From Mobula hypostoma (taxonomy: Eukaryota), in assembly GCF_963921235.1 (NCBI RefSeq), contig NC_086097.1, forward strand, positions 249,738,001 through 249,802,000: a stretch of DNA of 64,000 nt, read 5' to 3'. The position numbers were made by a program, and so were the translations under genes. The notes under the pieces are model-generated. The model worked only from the letters and a program-made list of their open reading frames with translations. It had not been told where the DNA came from and ran no database searches. This document shows, in pieces, positions 1 to 12,655 of this stretch (within the stretch, counting starts at the first letter, position 1; each line of letters begins with the position of its first letter).

Positions 1-560
1 GAGGAGACTGAGGTCCTTTAACATCTGTCGGACGATGCTGAGGATGTTCTACAAGTCTGTGGTGGCCAGTGCGATCATGTTTGCTGTTGTGTGCTGGGGC
101 AGCAGGCTGAGGGTAGCAGACACCAACAGAATCAACAAACTCATTCGTAAGGCCAGTGATGTTGTGGGGATGGGACTGGACTCTCTGACGGTGGTGTCTG
201 AAAAGAGGATGCTGTCCAAGTTGCATGCCATCTTGGTCAATGTCTCCCATCCACTACATAATGTACTGGTTGGGCACAGGAGTACATTCAGCCAGAGACT
301 CATTCCACCGAGATACAGCACAGAGCGTCATAGAAAGTCATTCCTGCCTGTGACCATCAAACTTTACAACTCCTCCCTTGGAGGGTCAGACACCCGGAGC
401 AAATAGGCTGGTCCTGGACTTATTTCCTGGCATAATTTACATATTATTATTTAATTATTTATGGTTTTATATTGCTATATTTATACTCTGTTCTTGGTTG
501 ATGCAACTGTAACAAAACCAAATTTCCCTTGGGATCAATAAAGTATGACTATGACTATGA
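1..560 (+). mobile_element. Rex1/Babar-like LINE 3' end
   Basis: ORF 35-406 (MFYKSVVASAIMFAVVCWG...HPLH...RKSFLP) is the typical C-terminus of this clade. Ends in AATAAA plus (ATGACT)n. A near-identical copy lies at ~32329-32866. Confidence 0.75.
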
Positions 561-1143
561 TCATCACTGACATCGCCAAGATTTGCAGGGAAGAAGTCTA
601 AATGGGAATGCAGAAAATTAATCTTTAGTGACATGTTGCACTTCATGGGTTTGTATGCTTGAAGCATGTTGTCAACCAGCTGCATTAAACTTAGTGCTCT
701 GTAGTTGCCAAGAAAACTTCCAACAACATCTTTGAATGCCTTCCATGCTGTTTTCTCCAGTCCCACCAGAAGTTCTTCAAATAGCCTGTCATTGATGACC
801 TGTTTGATTTGTGGACCAACAAAAACACCTTCCTTAATCTTGGCATCAGTTATTCTGGGAAACATCTGTCTCAAATATTGAAATCCTTCACGAAAATGTA
901 TAGCCTTTCTAAAACCTGTCTGCCATGCAGCATCCACCCTGCCTAAGCATGCCTGGACAAGTTAGAAAACTTTTCAGCTTACATTGTGGGCATTTTAAAT
1001 AACTTGAGTTATGTATTGAAATAACAAATATGGGCAATTTTTAAAAATGGTGCATGATACGTAAATTTCGTGGTGATTTTCATGATCAGCAGTCCAAAAT
1101 CCACCTAAAAGTATTCAGGAAACAAACGCTTTGATTTCCAGTG
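561..1143 (-). mobile_element. Chapaev3-like (CMC) DNA transposon, internally deleted fragment
   Basis: Transposase motif KIKEGVFVGPQI...MSLKINFLHSHLDFFPANLGDVSD. CACTGG terminus at 1143. Truncated on the left by the Rex1-like element. Confidence 0.7.
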
Positions 1144-1493
1144 CTACCACTCTCTGCTTCATAACTCCAAGCCAATTTAAAAGAGTAATGTTGTCCCAGC
1201 AACCTGGCCTGATCAGCACCCCTCCCAGAACAATCTCTACAGTCATCAACACTGTATGTCATTGTCAAACTTTGTCTTTACAACAAAACCAAATGAGCAC
1301 AGCAGAAGATTGTGAACATTGTTAAGTTCTTGAAGTACTGTGATACCTATTAAAGTGTGACTTTTTTTTTAATCAACGGGATTATATTTTAATATTTTTT
1401 GAAACCTAATAACCCGCAGGATGAAACACAGCTAGTGGCCAAAAGCTTTTGACAGACTAAATGGCTTCTTTGTACCTGTTCCTGTTTTTTGGG

Positions 1494-1730
1494 GTGGCAT
1501 GGGGTTCATTTCCCACCGCTGCCTGTGAGGAGTTTGTACGTTCTCCCCGTGACCGCGTGTGTTTCCTCCGGGTGCTCCGGTTTCCTCCCACATTCCAACA
1601 ATGTACTGGTTGATAGGCCAGTTGCTCATTGTAAAAGATCCTGTAAGTAGGCTAGGATTAAATCGGGGGATTGCTGGACGGAGCAGCTCGAAGGGCCTAA
1701 TCTGCGATGTATCTCAAAAAATAAATAGAT
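1494..1730 (+). mobile_element. V-SINE/HE1-like SINE
   Basis: V-domain core gtttgtacgttctccccgtgaccgcg..gtttcctccgggtgctccggtttcctccca. Related copies at ~9885-10175, 12655-12892, 17030-17225(-), 48645-48900(-) and 54120-54350. Confidence 0.75.
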
Positions 1731-2019
1731 TTGTACAACAAAATTGATTTGCTATATTAACTCTAACAAGTCCGCCAGCATGTCCACTGTTCATTTAGAA
1801 CTTCCGTTACCACAGAAGAGACTTGAAAGTCCTGATGAAGCATCTCAGTTCAAAACGTTGGCACTTTATTTCTCTGCGCAATGCCGTCTGACCTACTGAG
1901 CCCCTCCAGCACTCTGTGTGTTATTGTGTTAATCTTGATTTGCAGCATCTGCAGGAACTCCTGCGCTTTTGCAAATCTGTATCATAGCCTGGTTGACTAC
2001 TAAGAACCAAACACCAATT

Positions 2020-3149
2020 CTAAAAATACATACAAGATCAAATTTATTCAAAGCCTCAAAATGTGCCTGCATGAAGTGTTATGACTGAGGTAAATACAGG
2101 CTACAAGGTGCACCATCTTTTTCAATGAATTAAGTTTCTAGAAAATTTAAGTCACAGCTCAAGAAAACAAAATACAGTTAAAACTAAAAACACTAAACGG
2201 AGAAACACTGATAGAATCGAACATTTCAATGACAATCAACGAGTGATCCTGCTGTCAAATAAACCCTCAGAGTTCAAATGCTGGTAGCTGCTTGCTTCAT
2301 CTTTGATCAGGCAAGCTGTAGCTTAATCCACATGGTGCCAGAGGGGGTGGGAGGGTGGAGAGGGAAGTCGGTGGGGGGGGGGGGCTGGGGAGGGACTTGC
2401 AGGTGGACTGGGCAAAGGACAAACACAGTCAGCCACAGAGTTTGGAATTAACTCCCAATATGTTAAAAGTCCAGCTGCTTATTTCAACTGAAATTTTATT
2501 TACCAGCTTTTCCCAAATAAAAATGGGGTAAATTTTTCAAAGAGGAAGAAAACAAAAATCAGTTTTATATTCACAACTTAAGAGATTGCAACTCTTAGTT
2601 TCTTCTTTTTCAGAGAAGAGAGTATTTGGTATTAAGGTCAGCAGGAGTTCCAATTTCAGGGAGGCTGATGCCATCAGCTCTTAAAGCCCCATCCAGTATA
2701 CCATAACAAGACTGCATATTCTCACTTACTTCACTGCACAAATACTGTTAAAGTGATAGTGACCCCAGAGGGAGCGAGCTCAGAGTGCAAGCCCTTTGCT
2801 TTTGGTGGTAAAACAAACAAATCATTTATTCCAGAGTTGAGGTATTTCTTCTGCATGTAAAATAAAACACCGTGTTACATCCTACACCCTAATGTAAACA
2901 AAAGACAAAATAATTATGTACAAAACATGCTTCTAAGTTTCTAATATATTACTACGACAACAGATTTCATGTAAAGCATATCCTAGTTCCAGTGTTTAGA
3001 AAACTTTAAACATTCAAATGAGGCAGTTCTCAACAAAAATGAAGTTTTTTAAACAAGGCAATGTTATAACCCTAAAAAGCTACAGTATACGTTCCCTTCT
3101 TCCAGTTTCACACAATATTCCCATCACACTTCATGACTGGCAACTTCTC
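2020..3149 (-). promoter_or_regulatory. Probable DEPTOR 3' UTR with candidate polyadenylation signals
   Basis: Repeat-poor AT-rich sequence after the stop. Minus-strand AATAAA hexamers at 2825-2830, 2495-2500 and 2043-2048. The true 3' end cannot be determined from sequence alone. Confidence 0.55.
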
Positions 3150-3281
3150 CTATTCAGAGTTCACTTCCTCCATGATCTCCATTACGACGGTGCGCTGGCC
3201 AGTGAGGATGAGGTTGCTGATAGTTCTGTAGTCCAGGTGAAGGACATTTAGACCATTCACAGAAACAACAAATTGCCGAAT
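3150..3281 (-). CDS. DEPTOR: DEPTOR terminal coding exon, C-terminal half of PDZ and stop
   Basis: Hand translation gives IRQFVVSVNGLNVLHLDYRTISNLILTGQRTVVMEIMEEVNSE* with TAG at 3150-3152. ttttag| acceptor. Matches the DEPTOR C-terminus. Confidence 0.97.
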   Translation of the reverse strand: MRQFVVSVNGLNVLHLDYRTISNLILTGQRTVVMEIMEEVNSE

Positions 3282-4501
3282 CTAAAACAAAGTTGAGAAA
3301 CAAACAATATCATTCCAGCAGTTATTTCACAGAAACGTAGATGACTGCAGCACAGTGCATGGCCCTTTGGGCCATGATGTCATGCGGACATCTTTAACCT
3401 ACACAAGATCAATTGAAACGAGCCTCTGCAGATGCTGGAAATCCAGAGCAGCACACGCAAAATGCTGGAGGAGCTCAGCAGGTCAGGCAGCATCTATGGA
3501 GAGGAATTACGGGCTAAGACCCTTCATTAGGACGCCTGATGAAAGGTCTCCACACAAAACGTCAACGCTTTATTCCTCTCCATACATGCTGCCTGACGTG
3601 CTGAGTTCCTCCAGCATTTTCTGTGTGTTACTCTAAGATCACTCTAACGTAGCCCTCTGTTTTTTCCCTTTCACCCATGTGCTGATCTACAAGCATCTTA
3701 AATGCCCTTTCACTCTCTGTGTAAAGGTATATACAGTGTCTCTAAAAAGTATTCACTCCCCTTGGAAGTTTTCATGTTTTATTGTTTAACAACATTGAAT
3801 CACAGTGGACTGAATTTCACAAAATGGACTCTGAAATTAACCAATTTCCCCCGGGATCAATAAAGTATGACTATGACTATGATTATGACTTAATTTGGGC
3901 TTATTGACATTGGTCAACAGAAAAATACACTTTTGTGTCAGTGAAAACAGATCGCTACCAAGTGATCTAAATTAATTACAAATATAAAGCATAAAATAAT
4001 TGATTGCGTAAGTATTTACCCCCTTTAATATGACACACCAAATCATCACTGATGCAGCCAACTGGTTTCAGCAGTCACATAATGAGTTAAATGTGTCTCA
4101 CCTGTGCCAATTGCTGGTGAGTCAGTATCCTGGCGAAAAATGACACCATGAAGACAAGAACACTCCAACAAACTTGACAAAAAGTTTATTGAAAAGCACA
4201 AGCCAGGAGATGGATACAAGAACATTTTCAAGTCACTGAATATCCCTTGGCGTTCAGCAAAGTCAATCATCAAGAAATGGAAGGAATATGGTACAGCTAG
4301 AAATCTGCCTAGAGCAAGCCATCCTCAAAAACTGAGTGACTGTACAAGAAGGGGACTAGTGAGGGAGACCATGAAGGGACCTATGACAACTCTGAGGAGT
4401 TACGAGCTTCAGTGGCTGAGATGGGAGAGACTGCACGTACAATAACTGTTGCCTGGGTGCTTCACCAATTGCAGCTTTATGGAGAGTGACAAAGAGAAAG
4501 C

Positions 4502-4790
4502 TGTGACACGTGGCCAAGTGGTTAGGGCATTGGACTAGCGATCTGAAGGTCGTGGGTTCGAGCCTCGGCTGAGGCAGCATGTGTGTCCTTGAAAAAGGCA
4601 TTTAACCACACAATGTTCCAGTCTACCCTACTGAGAATGGGTACCAGCAAAAATGCTGGGGGTTAACCTCGCGATAGACCGGCGTCCTATCCGGGGGGGA
4701 GTCTCAAACCCTCATTCACTTCACGCCATGGAAACCGGCATAAGCACCGGCCTGATGGCCACAAGGCTCGTGACAGACTTTAATCCTTAA
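4502..4790 (+). mobile_element. tRNA-derived SINE with CORE-like central domain
   Basis: A box TGGCCAAGTGG and B box GGTTCGAGCC. Perfect 13-bp TSD acaaagagaaagc (4489-4501 / 4791-4803). Confidence 0.85.
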
Positions 4791-5287
4791 ACAAAGAGAA
4801 AGCCTCTGAAAAAAACTCACATGAAATCTCAGCTAGAGTTTATGGGATACTTGGAAGTCAGCCGGAAGAAGGTTGTGTGGCCTGATGAAACCAAAATTGA
4901 GCTTTCTCGCCATCAGACTAAACATTATCTTTGGCATAAGCCAAACACCGCACATAATCGAAAACACACCAACCCCACCATGAAGCACGGTGGTGGCTGC
5001 ATCATGCAGTGGGGATGCTTCACTGCAGCAGGCCCAGGAAGGCTTATTAAGGTAGAGGGTAATATGAATGCAGCATAATACAGGGAAATCTTGGAGGAAA
5101 ATCTGATGCAGTCTGCAAGAGAGCTGTGACTTGGGAGAAGATTTGTTTTCCAGAAGGAGGATGACCCCAAGCATAAATCCAAAGCTACACAGGAATGGCT
5201 TAAAAACAACAAAGTTAATGCCTTGGAGTGGTCAAGTCAGAGTCCAGACCTCAATCCAATTGAGAATTTGTGTCTGGATTTGAAAAG

Positions 5288-7948
5288 TGCAAGGCACACA
5301 AAATGCTGGAGGAACTCGGCAGGCCAAGCGGCATCTATGGAAAAGAGTACAGCCGATATTTCGGGCCAAAACCTTCCATCAGCACTGGAGAAAAAAACAT
5401 GGGGAGTCAGAGAGTCAGAGTGAGAAGATGGGGGGGGAGGGGTGAAATGAAGAGCTGGGACATGTCAGTCCATGGCCTCCTCTACTGTCACGATGAGGCC
5501 ACACTCAGGTTGGAGGAGCAACACCTTGTACCGTCTGTATAGCCTCCAACCCGATGGCATGAACATTGACCTTTTGAAATTCTGGTAATGTCCCCCCTTT
5601 GCAATTCCCCATCCCTCTGGTGCTCCTCCCCCTTTTCTTTCCTTCATGGTCTTCTGTCCTCTATCAGATTCCCCCTTCTCCATCCCTGTATCTCATTCAG
5701 CAATCAACTTCCCAGCTCTTTACTTTGACCCTCCCCACCTCCCAGTTTCATCTATCAGCTTGTGGTTCTCCCTCCCCTCTTCCCACCTTCTAACTCTGAC
5801 TCCTCATCTTTTCTTCTCCAAGGCCTGATGAAGGGCCTCTGCCAAAACATCGACTGTACTCTTTTCCATGGATACTGCAGCACTTTTTGTGCATTGTAGA
5901 GAGCTGGGAGGTTGATTGGCAAAAGGCACACAGGGCTGGAGAAGAGGAATCTGAGAGGAGAGGACAGAAGGCCATGGAAGAAAGAAAAGGGGGAGGAGCA
6001 CCAGAGGGACGCGATGGGCAGGTAAGGAGGTAAGGTGAGAGAGGAATGGGGAATGGTTAAGGGAATGGGGGGACTATTACCAGAAGTTTGAAAAATTGAT
6101 GTTCATGCTATCAGGTTGCAAGTGCTGCTCTTCCACCCTGAGTGTGGCCTCATCGCGACTGTAGGAAGCCATGGACTGGCATGTTGGAATGGGAATGGGA
6201 ATTAATATGGGTGGCTACTGGGAGATAACGCTTTTTCTGGTGGACGGAGTGCAGGTGCTCGGTGAGGTGATCTCCCAATCTACGTCGGGTATATACAGGA
6301 GGCCACACGGGGAGCACCGGACACAGTATATGACCCCAGCAGACTCACAGGTGAAGTGTCGCCTCATCTGGAAGGACAGTTTGGGCCTCTGACTGGTAGT
6401 GAGGGAGGAGGTGTAGGGACAGGTGTAGCACTTGTTCCGCTTGCAAGGATAAGTGCCAGGAGGGAGATCAGTGGGGAGGGACAAATGGACAAAGGAGTTG
6501 CATAGGGATCGATTCCTGCAGAAAGCAGAAAGTGGGGCGGAGGGAAAGATGTGCTTGGGGGTGGGATCCCACTGCAGATGGTGGAAATTCCAGAGCATTA
6601 CGTGCTGGACGTGGAGGCTAGTGAGTGTAGGTGAGGACAAGGGGAACCCTTGCTGGGGTGATGGGAGGATTGGTTGAGGGCAGACATGTGCGAAATGGTA
6701 GAGCTGTGGTTGAGGGCAGTGTTGATGGTAACAGAAGGGAAGCCCGTTTCTCTAGAAAAGGAGGGTATCTCCTTCATTCTGGAATGAAAAGCCTCACCCT
6801 GAGAGCAGATGTGACAGAGTCGGAGGAATTGAGAGAAGGGGATGGCGTTTTTACAAATAAGGTGGGAAGAGGTCTAGTCCAGGTAACTGTGAGAGTCCAT
6901 GGGTTTATAATAGACATCAGTAGATAAGCTGTCTCCAGAGATCGAGACAGAGAGATGGAGAAGATTGAGAAAGGGGAGGGAGGTGTCGGAAATGGACCAG
7001 GTAAATTTGAGGACAGGGTGAAAGTTGGAGGCAAAGTTGATGAAATTGACGATCTCTGCATGGGTGCAGGAAGAAGCACCAATGCAGTCGTCGATGTAGT
7101 ATATGAAAAGGGAGTGACACCAGTGTAGGCTTGGAACATAGACTGCTCCACATAGCTGACAAAAAGGCAGGCATAGCTGGGGCCCATGCGAGAGTTTGGA
7201 GGAAGTGGGAGGAGCCAAAGGAAAAAATATTGAGAGTGAGGATAAGTTCCGCCAGACAGAGGAGAGTGGTGGTGGAGGGGAACTTGTCTGGTGTCTAGAA
7301 AGAAACTGAAACTGAGAGCTTTGAGGCCTTCCTGGTGGGAGATGGAGGTGTATAGGGACTGGACATTCATGGTGAAAATAAGATGCTCAGGGGCTTGAAT
7401 CATGAAATTTGTCATGGATGTAGGCTGGGAGGGACGGAACTGGGGGGATAAAACTGAGTTGAACAATACAGATGAGTTCAGTGGGGCAGAAACAAACTGA
7501 AACAGTGGGTCTACCTGGAAAGGCAGGTTTGTGGATCTTGGGTAAGAGGTGGAAATGGGAGGTGCTGGATGAGGGAACTATGAGGTGGATGGGAGATCCC
7601 CCGAGCTAATAAGGTCAGTGATGGTGTGGGAGATAATTGCCTGGTGGGATCCAGTTCAAGGGGTAAGTAAGGGGAAGTATCTGACAGTTGTTGCTGGGCC
7701 CCAGCAAGGTAGAGGTCAGTCCACCAGACTACTACAGCACCCCTCCTATCTGCGTGTTTGATGGTGAGGTAAGAATTAGTTCAGAGAGGCTGGAGAGTGA
7801 GGTTGGAACTGGAGAGGGGGGCGGTGAAATTGAGACGATTGATGTCCCGTCAGCAGCTGGCAATGAAAAGATCCAGAGCCAGCACTGATACCTGGCCTGC
7901 TGAGTTCCTCCAGCATTTTGTGTGTGCGTTGCTTGGATTTCCAGCATC
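5288..7948 (-). mobile_element. Penelope-like retroelement (RT + GIY-YIG pseudogene) with inverted pseudo-LTR segments
   Basis: Minus-strand fragments VQSLYTSI, MGPSYACLFV, YIDD and YPCKRNKCYTCPY...FTCESAGVIYCVRC..CGLLYI. 3' region duplicated in inverse orientation at ~5465-5880. 8-bp flanking duplication ttgaaaag. Confidence 0.85.
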
Positions 7949-9884
7949 TTGAAAAGGCTGTTCACTCATGATCCCCATGCAATTTGACAGAACTTGAGTA
8001 GCTCTGTAAAGAATTCAAAAAAAATGCAGTATCCAGATGTGTAAAGGTGATAAAGACCTTCCCACACAGACTCAAGGCTGTAATTGCTGCCAACGGAGTA
8101 TCTACTAAATAGTGACTTGAAGGGGCTGAATATTTATGCAATCAATTATTTTGTGTTTTATATTTGTAATTAATTCAGATCACTGTGTAGAGATCTGTTT
8201 TTACTTTGACACAAGTCTTTTTCTGTCGATCAATGTAAAAAACAGCCAAATTAAATCCACTGAAATTCAATGTTGCAAAACATGAAAACATGAAAACTTC
8301 CAAGGTGGTTGAATACTTTTCATAGCCACTGTAAATAGATAGATAGATAAGTGGCAGAGTGGACTTGATGGGCTGAATGGCCTAATTCAGCTCCAATGTC
8401 TTCTGGAAGGTGAAAAACAATTTAAACTGACTGGGGCACCAACCCACTGAAAGTATTCTAAATCCTTGTGGTGATAAATGGGTACAGGAGCCACACCCCA
8501 GTGAGATAGGGACATGCCTTTCCTAGGATGGGAAGTTAACTCCGGCGGACTGGGCGGATGAGATCTACTGGCTAGGAAGGCACTCTGTGGAAATCGAAAG
8601 ACATGACGAGGCACAGGAGAAATCAAGGTCATCCACTGCAACCAAGGAAGACCTCAGTTTGTGAAGCTTCCTCATACCCTAGACCCGGACTTCTGAAGTT
8701 GAGAGAGTGGAACTGCCCCATTGCAACGGCGTCTCCACTTTAAAACTCTCCCGCACAGGCTTCCCGTTATCACTGGACATGATGGACCACCACCACGTTT
8801 AACCAGACCTGCCAGGTACAACAGCAAAGGATAAATGATGCAAGTGGAGAGCATCAACAATTGGAACCGTGATTCCCATTTTTAATACTCTCCCAATTTT
8901 TAACTGCCACAAAGTAATATTGCCGCTCCATAAAACCCTGGTTACACTGATCACACTTGGGATAGTCTTCAGTTCTGGTCGCCTCAATATAGGAAGGCTG
9001 TGGAAGCTTTCGACAGGGTGCAGAGGAGATTTACCAGGGTGCTGCCTGGATTAGAGAGCACGTGTTATGAGGATAGATTGAGTGAGTTTCTAAGTCTGTA
9101 AGTTTCTAAGGTAGGTACAGAGCTGATAGGGAAATGGAGGGCAATATAGGAGAGAAGGGTTAGATTGATCTTACAGTAGGTTAGTAGGTCAGTGTAACAT
9201 TGTGGGCCGAAGGGCCTGTACTGTTCAATACTCTGTGATTACTGTGCGAGATCAGTGCAGGTCCACAGGCAGGATCCAACACTGTTGACATGACCCATTT
9301 TGACCTATTGCACTGCCGTGACAAATCAGCACCTGCTGTTAGATGCTGGACATCAACAATACTCTTGGCCTGAACATGAGAGAGGCTAATCTTCCAAAAT
9401 AGATTAATCACAAGCATATTATTCAAAAAGAAAGCATAAATCAACCTTCGAGAAAGAGCACAAAACAGAAGTGAACCCTGGTTATACAGCATAATTTCCA
9501 ATCACTTGTTTGGATTCAGACTTTAATTAAAGTGGAATTGCAAACTTCCTGCAGAGAGAAAAATCAATATCATCTCTCCCCCCACCAAGCAGAAGGCATT
9601 GATTCTATTTATTCCAGATACCATCTGGTGCTTCGCCTCAAAGGCCGCTGCTCATGGGCAAGCCTCAGCTTTTATTGCAGGCTCAAGTTTTGATTGAACA
9701 AAACTATTGCAATGAAACTCGATCATACGGGGATCAGGTTAAACATTTGTTCATTTTCTATCTCCAGTCGGGCAGTATACCTGCTTGGCTGCTTTCCACA
9801 TAGACACTGACCCCTGCACAACTTCAGCTTTAACACTTGGTGCGAGTGCCAGACGTCTCTACACAGAAAGACCCTGACTTACTG

Positions 9885-10175
9885 GGCCCCACGGCAGTGT
9901 AGCGGTCAGCATGATGCTATTACAGCTCGGGGCGTTTCAGGCTTCGGAGTTTATTTCCGGCGATCTTCAGTAACGAGTCTCTGTACGTCCTCTCTGTGGA
10001 ATGCAGAGTTTTCCCCGGGTCCTCCTTTTCCTCCCACAGTCCAAAGGTTTACCAAGTAGGTTAACTGGTCATTGTAAATCGTCCCGTGATTAGGTTCGGG
10101 TTAAATCGAGGTTGTCAGGGGTTGTGGGACGTTGCTGGAGAGGCTACACTGCACTGTATCGCTACATAAAATAAT
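9885..10175 (+). mobile_element. V-SINE/HE1-like SINE with tRNA-derived head
   Basis: Degenerate tRNA-like head, V domain and A-rich tail. Same family as 1494-1730. Confidence 0.7.
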
Positions 10176-11089
10176 TAAAATGAATAAGAAATTCTGTAAA
10201 GTGAATTTTAACATTACAGTTGACAGGAACCCTGTGCATATTTATATTTAATAGTGATGTTTTCAGTCAAACTCTCGTAGCATGACAGCAAGAAAAAAGG
10301 CCCTTTGACCCATCTAGTCCATGCTGAAGTTATTTTGCCTAGTCACATCGGCCCACATAGTCCTCCATACCCCTCTCATCCATGTACTTATCCAAACTTC
10401 TTTTTTTATACTGCAATCAAACCCTTATCCACCACTTCTGCTGGCAGCTCGTTCCACACTCGCACCACCCTCTGAGTGAAGAAACTCCCCCTCAGATTCC
10501 CTTTAAATATTTCACCTTTCACCCTTAAGGAGCATCCATCCCCTCCCTCAGATCTCCGTCCTGGTATTTATCCCTGCAAGCAGAACTGCCACACCTGCCC
10601 ATTCTCCTCCATTCAGGGCTCCAAAAAAAAATCATTCCAGGTGAGGTAACACGTCTCCATTCACCATTCTACTTATTCTCTCACACTTTCTCTTCTCTTC
10701 TCCTGTCCCTCTCCTCCCTCTGGTGCCCCCTTCCTTCCTTTTCTTCCATAGAACGCTCTCCTCTCCTATCAGATTCCTCCTTCTTCAGCCCTTTACCTCC
10801 ACCTGTCCCATCCTGTCATTTTACCTCATCACCCCTCCACCACCCAACATCCCCCTCACCTGGCTTCACCTATCACCTGCCGGCTTGTACTCGCCCCCGC
10901 TCCCACCCCCAACACCATCACCACGTTCCAGTCCTGGTTTCTTCTCCTTCCTTTCCATCCTAATAAAAGGCCACAGCCTGAAACGTCGACTGCTTATTCC
11001 CCTCCATAGATGCAACCTGGCCTGTCGAATTCCTCCCGCGTTTTGTGTTTTCTGTGCCTGCTGCAAGGAGCGTGGCAGTGTAGCACGGT

Positions 11090-12655
11090 CGGAAAACTGA
11101 AAGGTCTGAAAGTAGATAAGTCACCTGGACCAGATGGTGTACACCCCAGGGTTCTGAAAGAGGTGGCTGAAGAGATTGTGGAGGCATTAGTAATGATCTT
11201 TCAAGAATGACTATATTTTGGTATGGTTCCAGAAGACTGGAAAATTGCAAAAGTCACTCCACTCTTTAAGGGAGAAAAGCAGAAGAAAGGAAATTATAGA
11301 CCAGTTAGTCTGACTTCAGTGGTTGGGAAGATGTTGGAGTCTATTATTAAGGATGACGTCTCAGGGTACTTGGAGGCACATGATAAAATAGGCCATAGAC
11401 AGCATGTTTCCTCAAGGGAAAATCTTGTTTGGCAAATCTGTTGGAAAACTTTGAAGAAATAACAAGCAGGGTTGACAAAGGAGAATTAGTTGATTTTGTG
11501 CACTTGGATTTTCAGAAGGCCTTTGACAAGGTGCCACACATGAGGCTGCTTAACAAGCTACGAGCCCATGGTATTACAGGAAAGATTCTAGTGTGGGTAA
11601 AGCAGTGGCTGAATGGGAGGATGCAAAGAATGGGAATAAAGGGAGCCTTTTCTGGTGTTCTACAAGGGCTTGTGTTGGGATTAATTTCTTCTTACGTTAT
11701 ATATCAATGATTTGGATGATGGAATTGATATTTATTGCAAAGCTTGCGTACAATATGTAAGTGAAGGGGCAAGTGGTTTTGAAGAAGTAGAGAGGCTACA
11801 AAAGGACTTAAGACAGATTAGGAGAATGGGCAAAAAATGGCAGATGGAATACAATGTCGGGAAGTGTATGGTCATGTAGTTTGGTAGAAGAAACAAAAGA
11901 GTTAACTATTTTCTAAACGGAGAGGAAGTACAAAACACTGAGATGCAAAGGGACTTGGGAGTCCTTGTGCAGGTTTCCGTAAAGGTTAACTTGCAGGTTG
12001 AGTCTGTGGTGAGGAAGGCAAATGCAATGTTAGCACTCATTTCAAGAGGACTTGAATAGAAAAGCAGGAATGTAATGTTGATGTTTTATAAAGCACTGGT
12101 GAGACCTCACTTGGAGTATTGTGAGCAGGTTAGAAAGGATGTGCTGGAACTGGAGAGGGTTCAAAGGAGGTTCACGAAAATGATTCCAGGATTGAATGGC
12201 TTGTCATATGAAGAAAGTTTGATGCCTCTGGACCGGTATTCACCTGAATTCAGAAGAATGAGGGGTGACGTCATTGAAATATATTGAATGGTGAAGGGCC
12301 TTGACAGAGCGAATGTGGAAAGGATGTTTCCTATGGTGGGAGAATCTAAGACCAGAGGACACAGCCTCAGAATAAAGGGGTATCCATTTAGAATAGAGAT
12401 GAGGTGGAATTTCTTTAGCCAGAGAGTCAGAGAGTGGTGAATCTGTGGAATTCTTTGCCACAGGTAGCTGTGGAGGCCAAGTCTCTATGTTTATTTAAGG
12501 CAGAGGTTGATAGATGCTTGACTGGTCAGGGCTTGAAGTGAGACAGGGAGAAGCATAGAGGAAAACTGGAACATCCATTATGAAATGGCGGAGCAGATTC
12601 GATGAGCCAACTGGCCTAATTCTGCTCCTATACAAGTATCTTATGGTCTAATGGT
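11090..12655 (+). mobile_element. CR1 LINE, 5'-truncated and decayed
   Basis: KSPGPDGVHPRVLKE, NYRPVSLTSVVGK, LDFQKAFDKVPH and RPHLEYC motifs across frameshifts. tcttatggtc tail. Confidence 0.92.

Larger units (their letters stand above)
3734..8331 (+). mobile_element. Tc1/mariner transposon with decayed transposase and nested insertions
   Basis: TA-flanked long TIRs (cagtgtctctaaaaagtattcac... / ...gaatacttttcatagccactg). Transposase remnants [43 protein letters not shown]. Interrupted by a SINE (4502-4790) and a Penelope-like unit (5288-7948). Confidence 0.9.

Noticed and set aside
2341..2395. G-quadruplex in the DEPTOR 3' UTR
   Set aside because: The G runs are on the plus (template) strand, so the mRNA is C-rich here. 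Low-complexity sequence with no further support.
4503..4578. tRNA gene
   Set aside because: It has A and B boxes but no proper acceptor stem, and continues into a SINE body bounded by TSDs.
4731..4760. gaaac...ctgatgg in the SINE tail as a ribozyme
   Set aside because: The core is CUGAUGG rather than CUGANGA, and the helices do not fit a hammerhead topology.
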